A stretch of 64,000 nucleotides of DNA, from the NCBI RefSeq assembly GCF_018350175.1, contig NC_058383.1, positions 1,798,001 to 1,862,000 on the forward strand. Direction: 5' to 3'. The translations under genes were made by a program, and so were the position numbers. Positions 26,701-37,191 of this stretch are shown here, one piece after another. This stretch comes from Felis catus. Taxonomy: Eukaryota. Below the pieces are notes generated by a model, which was given only the letters and a program-made list of their open reading frames with translations, made no database searches and was not told the DNA's origin. Numbering within the stretch: position 1 is the stretch's first letter; the number at the start of each line of letters is the position of its first letter.

Positions 26701-28059
26701 CGACGGAAGCGGACGCTGCCCGTCACACTGCCGTGGGGCCAGGAGCAGGCGCTCACGCTGAGGGCTGCCGTCACGGTCCGCGGCAGCCCACCCTCCACTC
26801 GGGCAGGGCAGTGAGGGTGACGCCCGGGGGTCTGCAGCCCAGGGCGCCCAGGTTCACGGTCAGAAACACTGCAGGACTAGTCCACACAGACTGTGAGACC
26901 TCATTTCTGGCTTTGCCGAGAGTGTGCTCTGCCCCACGCGTCCGACTGTATAAAAACGTTGAAAACTTGTCATTTTGTCTTCTAGGCCTCTGTGTGCTAC
27001 GTACGAAGGCCCTGCCTGAGACGAGAAAAAAATACCGTGTGAAAACAAGAAGGAGCCCAGAGGCCAGGAAGCACTGCACTCCCGGCTGGCCCCGTCAGCG
27101 ACCCAGGGCGGAGTCGAGCCAGGCTTCCCTCCTCAGCCTCAGTCGCCCTGGCTGCTCCAAGGACCTTCCAGAGCGGAGCTCTCTCGTTCGGGCTCTAAGG
27201 AGCCCTCGTTTGGCTACTCCGCACCACACTGACCACGGGGCAGGCCGCCGTGGCCACGACTCTGGGGGTTCAGAAGCCCGGACAGCCCGTGAGCTGTCTC
27301 CGTGAGCCAATCTCGGCGTCCACACAAGACCCCAAGGCTGACGGACGTCCAGGGCACCCTGCTCCTCGCCGGTCCTCGGTGACTCCACTCAGCTCCCCAC
27401 CACCCACACGTCCCAGAAGCTCGGCCAAGCTGACCGGCGCCCGAACTCAGGGAAACAGGAGTACCAGCGGGTCTGCGACCAGCCCCAGGCCGGCACCTCA
27501 CACACCCCTAAAATCATGACCCCGAAGGAGCGGACAGGCGCCTGGCCCCTCCCCACAGACGGGAGGAGGGCGACCGGCTCTGTCCAAGTCCCGCGCCGTC
27601 GGCAGAGCGGGAACACCGCCGCCGCCTCACCCGGGACTGGGTCTTCTCCCGCAGAGGCTCCCTCGGGTGCCCGTCCGCAGCCAGTGCGGCGTGAAGCAAG
27701 GCGGACACTGCCCACACTGCCAGGGAGGGCGCGGGCCCGGGGGGCAGGGCTCTCTGGGAAGCAGCCTGGGTCCGCCCGGAAGTCTCTCTGGTCTGCAGGG
27801 AAGGGCTCAGCCCAGTCTACCTGACATTCCGCCCCCCGCTCCCAGAGGAAGGCCAAGCCTGGCCAGGGAGAGCCGGAGGCGAGGCACGGCCCGGGCCTGG
27901 CAAGAGACGGGGACGCAGGCCGCGGGCCCCGCCCAGTGTGGCCGAGGGCACGGCCACCCGAACCCCTGACACGCTGGCTTCCCGGGTGATTTTCCTACAG
28001 AACCGCTGCAGGACTAACTGCCCAGAGAGAGACTTCATCTTGGGGATGAAAATTCTTCC

Positions 28060-28220
28060 CAGGCCTTGAATAAAAGAGGGAGTTTCACATTTCATCCACT
28101 TGCGTGTCCCTTAACAATAAAAACTTATTTAAAAGACCATGAATATGCAAATTCCGTTTTAAATATGGAAATGCAAAACACATAAGAAAACAGTCTGGGC
28201 GTGAAGCATTAATGGCATCT
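28060..28220. promoter_or_regulatory. Candidate intronic enhancer with SOX and octamer motifs
   Basis: AACAAT 28113 and perfect ATGCAAAT 28145-28152 in an AT-rich island. Motif evidence only. Confidence 0.4.
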
Positions 28221-28339
28221 CCTCTGGCTGACAAGAGAAGACGCGAGCCGGCTGCTGCAGCAGGCTGACAACCCGTGGCCGGAGCTCGCGGCAGCTGGAC
28301 AGCTCAGCCCAGAGCAGCCAGAGCCCTGACCTCCCCGGC

Positions 28340-28401
28340 CCTCCCCTGCCCTCCCCTACCCACAGCCACACGCTGTCCTCCCCTGCCCTCCCCTACCCAC
28401 A
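28340..28401. repeat. Pyrimidine-rich direct duplication, 37-bp period
   Basis: cctcccctgccctcccctacccaca at 28340 and 28377. Confidence 0.85.
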
Positions 28402-29782
28402 CACCCACATCCCCAGCCATACCTGCCCTCTTCTGCCCATGGAGCGGGCCGGGCTGGCCTCTGCTACAGAGCCCAGATCTTCTGACCCACTGCTGTCCTA
28501 CACCCTGCCCGCCATCACGTCTATGCAGCCCCTCCCTGCAGAACCACAGGGCCAAACCTCGTGTCCCTGCCAGCACAGCCCCAGGGCGCACAGAAGGGGC
28601 ACCGGGCCTGAGTCTGGACAGTCCGATGAGGACAGGCTCTGTCCCCCAAGGGTACAGCGGTGACTCTCAGACTCCGGAGCACCAAGTACAGGGTAACCTC
28701 CTGGGTCACAAGCAGGACTCCAACAGAGGCCAACCAGGCGGCAACTCACCCAGCACAGTCCCATCGGGCAGCCTAGAACCCTCCTCGGGTCTCCATGTGG
28801 AGCGAAGGGCCTGGAGGCTGGCCCAAGGTGACACACGTGTACACGCGCCCACGCACCACCCCCACGGAGCAGCACACCTTGAGTGCAGCCACCCCAGGTG
28901 AGGGCCCCGCCAGCGGGAGGCTGATGACTCTCGACAACACCGCCAGTCCCCCTACGGAAAATCCTGCCACCCTCCGTCCAGAGAGCTCAGGGAACTTCGG
29001 GGACCTTCTCCTGAGAAGCTCTCTGTGGACAGGCAGGAAACCGAGGCACAGACTGAGAGCACTTCTTGCCTCTCAAGCTGTGGTCCTAGGAGCTGGGTGG
29101 AGACGTGGGGCCTGCTGTCCAGAACTTGCCTTGAAATGCTTGCTGACCTGGGGGCCATTCGGAGGCCACGCCACGGGCGCCACACGGCAGAGGAGCCGGC
29201 GAGGTCTCCAGCCCAAAAAGCTGCCACGGCCAGCACAGCTCCACACGCACGCCCTGATTTGCGCTCTGCGCGGCCCGTGAGAAGCACCGATCCCCACGAC
29301 GACGCGCGGCTCCGTCGTCCGGCTTGTCGGAAGACTTAAATGACACGTCCCCAGACCCAGACCCAGGCCCTAGACTCGGCTCCCTGAGGCTGTCCCCCTA
29401 CACCCGCCCCTGTGCCAGGCTGGCACCACCAGGAAACCCTCGGGACCTCAGATAGACTGGGCTCTCTCCCAGGGGTGAGGGGCCTCGGGACAGGAGCTGG
29501 ACAGTCACGGTCCGGATGATGGGGGCAAGTCCTATGCTCCCTGGCCGAGCCGGAGAGGGTGTCAGTCAAAGGTCTGTGCCCCCCCAGGAGGCCTCGAGGC
29601 GCCCGCCCTGCGGGTCTCACCAACACCGGTCAGGAGACGGCCCGAAGCACCGCAGCCCGCGGCTCCAGGAGAGGCATCAGGGAAGACGCCCGCCACCTGC
29701 AGTGCTCCCCTCACGCTCCCCCCTCCTCCCTCCCCTCTCTAATTGGCCACAGGATTTATAGGCTTGGGAGCAGCAGTCCTGC

Positions 29783-29809
29783 GGGGGGGGGGGGGGGGGG
29801 GGGGGGGGG
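29783..29809. repeat. Poly-G tract (G27)
   Basis: Read directly. Confidence 0.9.
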
Positions 29810-32800
29810 TAAGAGGCCGTGGAGGAGGCTCCAGGACCGGCGGGCGCAAGAGGCTTCCAGAGCGGCGGGCACCACCTCATGTCCAAACACGGGCACTGCA
29901 GGCAGGTGCCGGCACCCCTCGGCCGGACGGCGTGGAAGGGGAGGCCCAGCGTCCCTCCGTTCAGCCTCGACGGGCACAGAGGTTCCTAGGTTCTCTTTCT
30001 CCTGCTGACGGGCCCAAGAAGGGAGCGGGTTTGAGAACCAACGTGAGGGGTGGCCGCAGGCCGACCCCGTGCAGGAAGGCAGCGGTCCCGGAGCGACCAC
30101 GCCTGCCCTGCCCCAACCGCCTCAAAGGCCCAGCTCACGTCCCCTCAGGCGGCCGAGGGTTGGGGCACCGCCACGGCTGAGGGGAGGAGAGAGGCCCGTG
30201 GGGACACGCGCGTACCGGACACGAGAGCTTCCGGAAGGGGCTGTAAACACAGACCGGGAACGTGCCTGGGCTCGTACACAGAGAAAGGCTGCCTCTCACT
30301 GGGCCCGGACGGCTGGCTGGTGCCGTGCTCGCTACAGGCCTGACACCCACCCCTGGGACGTAGGCACTGTCACGACCTCCACTCCGGAGAGGAAGAAAAT
30401 GAAGTCCGTGTGGGCAGCCTCGACTCACGTGGGCTGACACACGTATCCCACCTCCCCGGCCACCAAGCTGGCTCGGGCAGCGGGGCGCCCCGCACCCTGG
30501 CGGACACGCGTCTGCGGGGTCCAGCCTGCCGGGGGCCGGCCCGCGTGGGACCGCAGGGGTCGGGGACAGGAGCAGGACACAGAAATCCCGGGCAGGTTCC
30601 CCACAACCAGGTGCCCCCGGAGGACGGCCCTTGGGGCCTCGCCAGCAGCCCTGACCCAGGGCCCTGCAGTCTGCGCCAGCGGACAGAAGAGACCCCGGCC
30701 GAGAAGGGGGAGGGGGGGGGCCGCGAAGCGTGTCCCTCAAGACAGACGCGTGGGGCCCGCGAGGCAGGCGGGACATCCCAACTCTCATCCCTCACACTCC
30801 TCACGTATGCTGTTCTCTGGTTTGTTTTTGTTGTTTTTCACAGTCCCGGCCAGATCTAACTCAAAAGCTACTGGGCCCGCGGAACGATTCCTGATCGACC
30901 TTGTGGTCAGAAACAGCTACGTCTCTCTGACCAAACACCCTTCTACCTCTCAGAGCCTCTGCACCAGCGTGAGCACACGTGTGCAAGGACACGTGCATAC
31001 ACACGCGTGCACACCCCCAGCCCCTCCCCACGGGGGTTACCCACACCGGCCCCGGCACAAGCCAGCACTCCATCGGGCGTTACGTGGCCCGTGGTAAAGC
31101 ACTCGATGCCCTTCAGGGCCACGATCTCAGTGACGACACGGGTCTGCTCGGAGGGGCACATGTGTCACAGCCACACCGAGGACACCAGGCTGTCTCCACT
31201 TGGGCATCAGCCGCAAACGGAGCAGGAAGAGCCTTTCCGGGAGCCATTAAGGGGAATTACAAAGCTCACCACTTAGAATAAAGCAAAGCAGCCAAGTTTA
31301 CCCTCTAGTGGGATGTGCGGGAATGGCTTCAAGCCACTCAGGCGGCACAGCGTGAGGGACAGCAGATCACGGTGAGAGCTGGCCGCACTACAGCCGGGAC
31401 GAGGCGTCGGGAGTCAGGGGGCAGCGCCGGGCCCGCTGCGGGCCACACAGGTGCCCACGCACCCCCCCCACCCCACCCCCAATGGCCGCTGCATCTGGCC
31501 GCCGGGCGGGGGCGAGGACGCGAGGACACGGGCACATGATGGTGACGGAAGGGGTGAGAGAAGCAGGACCCCGAGGGCAGCAACGGGCCACGGTCCCCCT
31601 GGCAGGGGAAACGGAATGTCCCAGAAGGTTTCGCACGGCAGAGGCCGCCCGAGGGACGTGATCTGTCTGACACGTGTCTCCAGGGGACCCTCCTACACCG
31701 ACCCCACGGGGCAGGGAGAGCGGCTGGGGCCGTCCTCACGGTGCGGCGGTGACACGGCTGGTGCCGGCAGGGTCGGTGCTGCGATTCCGGATGCGCTTCG
31801 CAGGCGGAGCCGTGACAACCGCCTGTGGTTTCAGAAACTGAGAATGACCTGAGGGCCGGGGCCGGGCCGAGCCGAGGCCCACGCACCCGCAGCGCTGGTG
31901 GCACCCGCCTCCGGCAGCGCACGCGCTCGCCGTGTGCCCGAGTCACTCTGACCAGAACCGCAGCTGTGACTCCCACGACCTAGACACGTCCCCGCGCGAG
32001 GGTCAGGGTAAACAAGCACGTGATCAAAACACACTTCATATGTGACACACAATCTGACGGGAAACCTAGCTGAGGTGGGCAATTGAAACGCAGCCGAGAC
32101 CTGAGCAAAGCCCCGGGGCCAGCAGGGTCCCAGGCGGGACGACCTCTACCTCCTCACGGGCTCCTCAACATAAGCACGTCTGAAGCGACTTCCTGGTCAC
32201 CCCCCGTGGACACACGAAGCAGGCTGCTGTTCCACGAGCTCCCACCAAAACCCCACCAGTCTGGTTCTCTCGCCTGCCACCACTGTCCTTCCCACGGACC
32301 ACGGGCCCAGCCCCTCCGCGTCCTCCCCCGACCACACACAGGAGACAACTCTCAGCGCCCTGCCCTCGGCCGCCCCAGAGGCCACCGCTGCCCCGTACCC
32401 TCACCGGGCGCCGGGCCACCCAACACTGACAGAAAGAACCTCCGTACTTGGCTCTCGATAGCCCCGTGACAGTTACCGCCACCGTTGTCCCGACAGGTGA
32501 GGCAGAGAGGCGATTCTACTGCCTAAGACACACAGCAACTCGGTGGCGGGCCAGGACTCCAGCACGGGCAGCCTGAGCCTCGAGCCAGTGACCTGGCCGC
32601 TCTCCAGGCACAGGGCTCCCCGTGCACAGAGAGAACAGGTCCTCGGTCATCGTGAATCTTCTGTGGCCGTCACCAGCCCTGCTGGCCTCGGGACAGCTTG
32701 AGAGCACCATAACTCACATAGACACAGGGTGACAGAGGTGACAAGGCCTAATCATACTCCAGGCGGTTTGAGACGACAGCCCAAATGCTTCGCACGAACA

Positions 32801-35033
32801 GCAGGGAAAGAGCCACACAAAGAATTATGACCCTGATGCTGATCTTAACCGCCCCCCCTCGGGGGTGACACAGAACCCATAGGCCGGCCGGCTGCCGGGA
32901 AAGCACACAGCCAAGGGCAGTGCCGCTCGCAGCCAGAAACGGGCAGCGTGCACGAGGACCGCCCACCCACCCGAGTCCCCTCACCACACAAGGCCCAGGC
33001 GTCCCCAGTCAAGGCCCAGCGCTCGTGGCAGCGGCGGGAATGACGGGCTGGCCGTGTGCGGCAGGACTGTGAGCCCGGGTGCGCCACGGCTCATGACCCC
33101 TGACAGCTTGCGACCGGGGGCTCTCGGGAGGCAGCTCTAACCCAGAGGAAAATGCCATGCTTCAAACCACCTACAGCGACGGGACGGCCCGGGGCTCGGA
33201 TGTGCTTACCGATGCGGCCCAGGGTCCCGGGACTCATCCGCCCCAAGTGCCAGGACCCTCAGCACGAGTGCACAGGGCAAGGGCTGTGGGGCTGGTTCTC
33301 GAGGGCCCGTGGCAGCTCCCCCTGCCTCCACGTCTGTCACAGGTGCAGATGCTCTCCCCACCCCCGCACCCACACCAGTCACAGGCGCCGTGGTCTGGGC
33401 CCCAAAGGAAAACAACCTCCCAGCCGTGGCCCGGCTCTAGAAGCCAACTGCGAGTGGCGCACAGGTTGTGTACTGAGGCCCGGCAAGGGCGAGGCGGCTC
33501 ACAACAAACAGCATCCCGTGAGCTCTGGGCGGAGCACGGGGGTCACAGGACACACCCAGATCCTCCACAGTCACCCTGTATCCGCGGCACACGGCCTGGG
33601 GGGGAAGAGCGTGAGCCTTCAGCCTCCGAGAACCAAAACTAAATCTACGGCAGCAGCGGCAAAAAGGCAGGGTTCCCTGCGCTGTAATTAACCTCCTGTC
33701 TGAAGGCACCACCAAACCCCTTCGCGTCAGTGCCCACTGGTGCCCTGCAGCAGTCCGAGAACGGCCACGGAAGGGGAAACCGCGGAGAGCCTGGCCTAAG
33801 GGTTCACAACACCCCTCAAAGGGCAGGGGTGCCCTAGCGCCAACCGGAAACCCTCCTGACTCCCGGCCCCACGCCACAGAGGGCCCCACGTCTCCGGGCG
33901 TTCCCAGGGCGCTAATGAACACTGGGGCCATTATCACACCTCAAAACAGCCCTCAGGGTAGACACGGGCCCCACTTTGACATAAGGAAATCAGAGCTCAG
34001 AACTCAGGGAAACGTGCATGAAACCAGCAGCGAAGTTCATCTCTACCACCGGAAGAAGAATACCTCCACCCCCCTGCAACTTGGGAGGGCTCTGGAAGGT
34101 TCCTGCCCCTGAATGCCCCAGCCCACCGCTGGCCTTGCGGCCTCCAGGCCACGGGCACGAACATCGACGGAGGCACAAATCCCAGCGAGACTGGCGGCGG
34201 TGCGGGACCAGGCCAACCAGCAGTGATACGGGCACACTCCACTCCACTCTGGGGTTGGCCAGCCGCGGCCCAGGGATGTGCCTTCCCTCACCTCCCCCAA
34301 GTGAGGCGAGCGCAGGACACTAGAGCACCAGATCCTTCCCTGAATGAGCCATGGCGAGACTGGTGCAGCCTGACTCGAAGCCGCCATGGAAGGATCCGGT
34401 GAGGGACAGACCAGAAGAAATGCCTGGGGCCCAAACACAGGGCCCGCCCTCCGGCCTGGGCACCACGGCCTCAAGTGCTTGCTCCCCTGCTTGTGTGAGC
34501 GGGAAGGCCCTCTGAACCCTCAGGCCCTGCCCCCTGCGTGCCTGCACCTGCCGAGACCCCACATTCTCGGCGGCTGGCCAAGGTGCCTCTTCCCACGTGC
34601 CCTCAATTTCCGCTTCACTGGCCGCGAACATGAGAAGTGAGGTCCGCCATCCTGACCAGGCCTCCCTGCCCTCCACGCAGAAGGCCACGACCAGCCCACG
34701 TCGCCTTCTTGCCCACGGGACCAGCAGCTGCCCGGCAGCCCACCAGCATGAAGGGTGCCAGGCCACAAACCTCTCTGTCCCGGTCAGGAAGGGCCACATG
34801 TCAAGGGCCCCCCACCATCTCTTCCCAGGGCCCACACACGGATCTATCATGAACAAGCACAGCGGGAGCCACCTGGCCTCCCCTATCACCCGAGCACTCA
34901 GCTCCTCCTACGGGGCCGTGGCCCTGGACACGGCCACGCCGTGACAGCCGGTCCGCCCTGGTGGCCGTGTGCGGACTGAGTGCGACACCAAGGGCCTGCT
35001 CCCAGGGACGCCTGAGATGTGCCCTTGCTCTGA

Positions 35034-35207
35034 GGTGGCCACTCACTCTCAGAGGGGACCGGGAGGACAAGGTGCCTGGGGGTCCCCGGGGGGGACTGCT
35101 GCCCGAGACAGACTCCAGGGTGGCTGCCTCACTCTCAGAGGGGACCGGGAGTAGGACAAGGTGCCTGGGGGTCCCCGGGGGGGGACTGCTGCCGGAGGCA
35201 GAGGCCA
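35034..35207. repeat. Tandem duplication of an ~85-89 bp GC-rich unit (2 copies)
   Basis: ctcactctcagaggggaccggga(gta)ggacaaggtgcctgggggtccccggggggg(g)actgctgcc occurs in both copies, which start at 35034 and 35119. Confidence 0.92.
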
Positions 35208-37104
35208 TGCCCAAGCCAATCCCGAAAGGGATCAATGCAAAGGTCACTCCACGCTCACACCTGCAAGCCAGTGCGCAGCAGGCCCCTACGCCCTCGCGTC
35301 CCCACACACGGAAGCCGGCCTTCCTGCCACCTCACAGCCGGGCCTGAGAAAAATGAAGACGAGTTTTCTTCCCTCTGACAGTTCGTTCTGTCCCAAATTC
35401 AAAGTAAAATGAAGATCGTCTAGAAAAATGTAAAATCTTCAATTTCAAGTCACTTTTAACGCCCGTTTCATCTGACAGTAGCTTTGAAAGCAAAAGGCAA
35501 TCTTTATCGTTTGAGGTTCTTAAGCTAAATTGACGTGATTATGTCCAACATAACCAGATGCTTCTAAAAGCCCATTTTCAAAGTGACATCAACCCCCAAA
35601 ATAAGAAAACCTTCCCTCTGGCTCCTAATGAATCCTTAAGACGCCACGTCCACAGAGGGCTGAGGCTGCCTCGTCACAGACCCCCGCAGCTGTCCGCCCC
35701 TTGAGGGGTCCCCGCGGGACGTGGACGAGCCGCAGCGTAGGGGCAGCCGCGTCCTGCCGGAAGAGCTCTGGGGCAGGCCGAGGAGGCCGGAGGGGGACGC
35801 GCCGGCAGTGGGGCGCAGGTCTCTCCTTCGTGCCTGCGGACGGGTCGCCAGAGAAGGGAGGAAGACAACCCTGAGAGAGCCTGGGAGCGGCCCAAGGACA
35901 AGCATTTGGTCTCTGTCCCCTCTCCCGGCACTGAGCTCCTAAGAGCCTGGGCTTCCGAGGTGAGAGGGGCATTTCGTCACTCGTAACAAGCCCCTCGCGA
36001 CCCCAGCCCCATCCGAGCTAACGAGGGGACCACAGGAGTGGCTGCAGCGACCAATCACATGCTGGGGGGCTAGGACTTCCAGGTTGGGGACCGCAGGGTG
36101 GGGGCTGAGCTCTTCACCAAGAGCCAGTGACTTCAGCACGGAAACTCCATGAACACCCTAAAGCGGGGCTGACAGCTTCTGAGCTGGACAGCAGGCCCAG
36201 GTGCTGAGACAGCATGCCCAGAGAGGACATGGAAGCTGTGCACCCCCACCCCTCACCCCCGCCCCCCGCCCCCCCCCCCCCAGCTGGCTGCTCGGAACGC
36301 ATTCTTTGTCACAAACCAGTGACTGCACGTGAAGCGATTTCCCGAATTCTGAGCTGTTCTAGCAAATCCTCAAACGAGGCTGGGGTGGCAAGGGAAACCC
36401 TGCGTTTGCAGGCAGCCGGGGGACCCAGGACTGGAGACCGGGGTCTGGAGTGGGGGCAGCGTGTGGGACCGAGCCCTCCACCTGTGGGGTCGTGTCAGAA
36501 CGAGATGGAATGACACAGCGCCAGCTGGCCTCAAATGGCATTCGGTGTCAGGAGGAAAAACCTAGCACCGGAGAAGTCACGCAGCGGCTGGCCGGCAGGC
36601 CTCCCTCCGGGAACGGGACTCCTTCCTCGCCGTGCCGCCGCGGGGGCGGGTTTTCCTGTTACTCGCCACCAGGGGCATCCCGGCTTCCATTCCTCTCTGT
36701 GCACACAGGGCACAAACACGCAGACGCTTCCCCCCCACCCCCATCCACCACAGCCTGGGGTCCACAGCATCAAGGGGTCAGTCGGAGCCCAGGCCACAAA
36801 GACAGGCCGGCAAAGACAAAGAGGTTCCCGGTCCAGGCGCACATCCTTCTCATGGCCCCCCAGAGCACAAGGAAGGTGGCGGGCGGCCCGGCAGTCACAT
36901 GCTGCCTCGACAGGGTCCCCACCGTGGGACAGAAACGGGGGGGCACCCTTCACCCGCAAGACCGGCCCAGCCCCCGCTCACTCAGGCCGAGGGAACAGTG
37001 ACGCACAGCTGTTCCCGAGCCAAGCCCAGGGGACGCACGCTCCCTGGCGCCCCCACTGTCCGAAGCCAATGCCCCCCCACGACCACCGGGGCCAGCAGGC
37101 CTAC

Positions 37105-37191
37105 CTGCTGGTGATGACATTGTTCCGGTCCTGCAAGGCAAGTTCTCGCTGCTGCAGGTCAACGATGAACCTGGAAAGGTCTTCCGGGGTC
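37105..37191 (-). CDS. MAD1L1: Internal coding exon (87 bp, phase 2-2) of mitotic arrest deficient 1-like 1; equivalent to human exon 11, coiled-coil region (~aa 330-358)
   Basis: Minus strand reads ...ttgttggtcccgcAG|G ACC CCG GAA GAC CTT TCC AGG TTC ATC GTT GAC CTG CAG CAG CGA GAA CTT GCC TTG CAG GAC CGG AAC AAT GTC ATC ACC AGC AG|GTaggc. This translates to [28 protein letters not shown](S), versus recalled human Mad1 [29 protein letters not shown]. Canonical AG/GT boundaries; candidate branch point TTAAC with the A at 37213. The ORF track does not show this peptide. Confidence 0.96.

Larger units (their letters stand above)
1..37104 (-). other. MAD1L1: MAD1L1 intron downstream of the 87-bp exon (partial, continues past the window start)
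   Basis: Begins with the GT donor at 37104-37103. The next exon (ARGLEKARQQLQEE... in human) was not found in the window; the human intron is known to be tens of kb. Confidence 0.85.

Noticed and set aside
35034..35207. CRISPR-like or other prokaryotic system
   Set aside because: The DNA is mammalian intron. The repeats are simple head-to-tail duplications without spacers, and there are no operons or cas-like ORFs.
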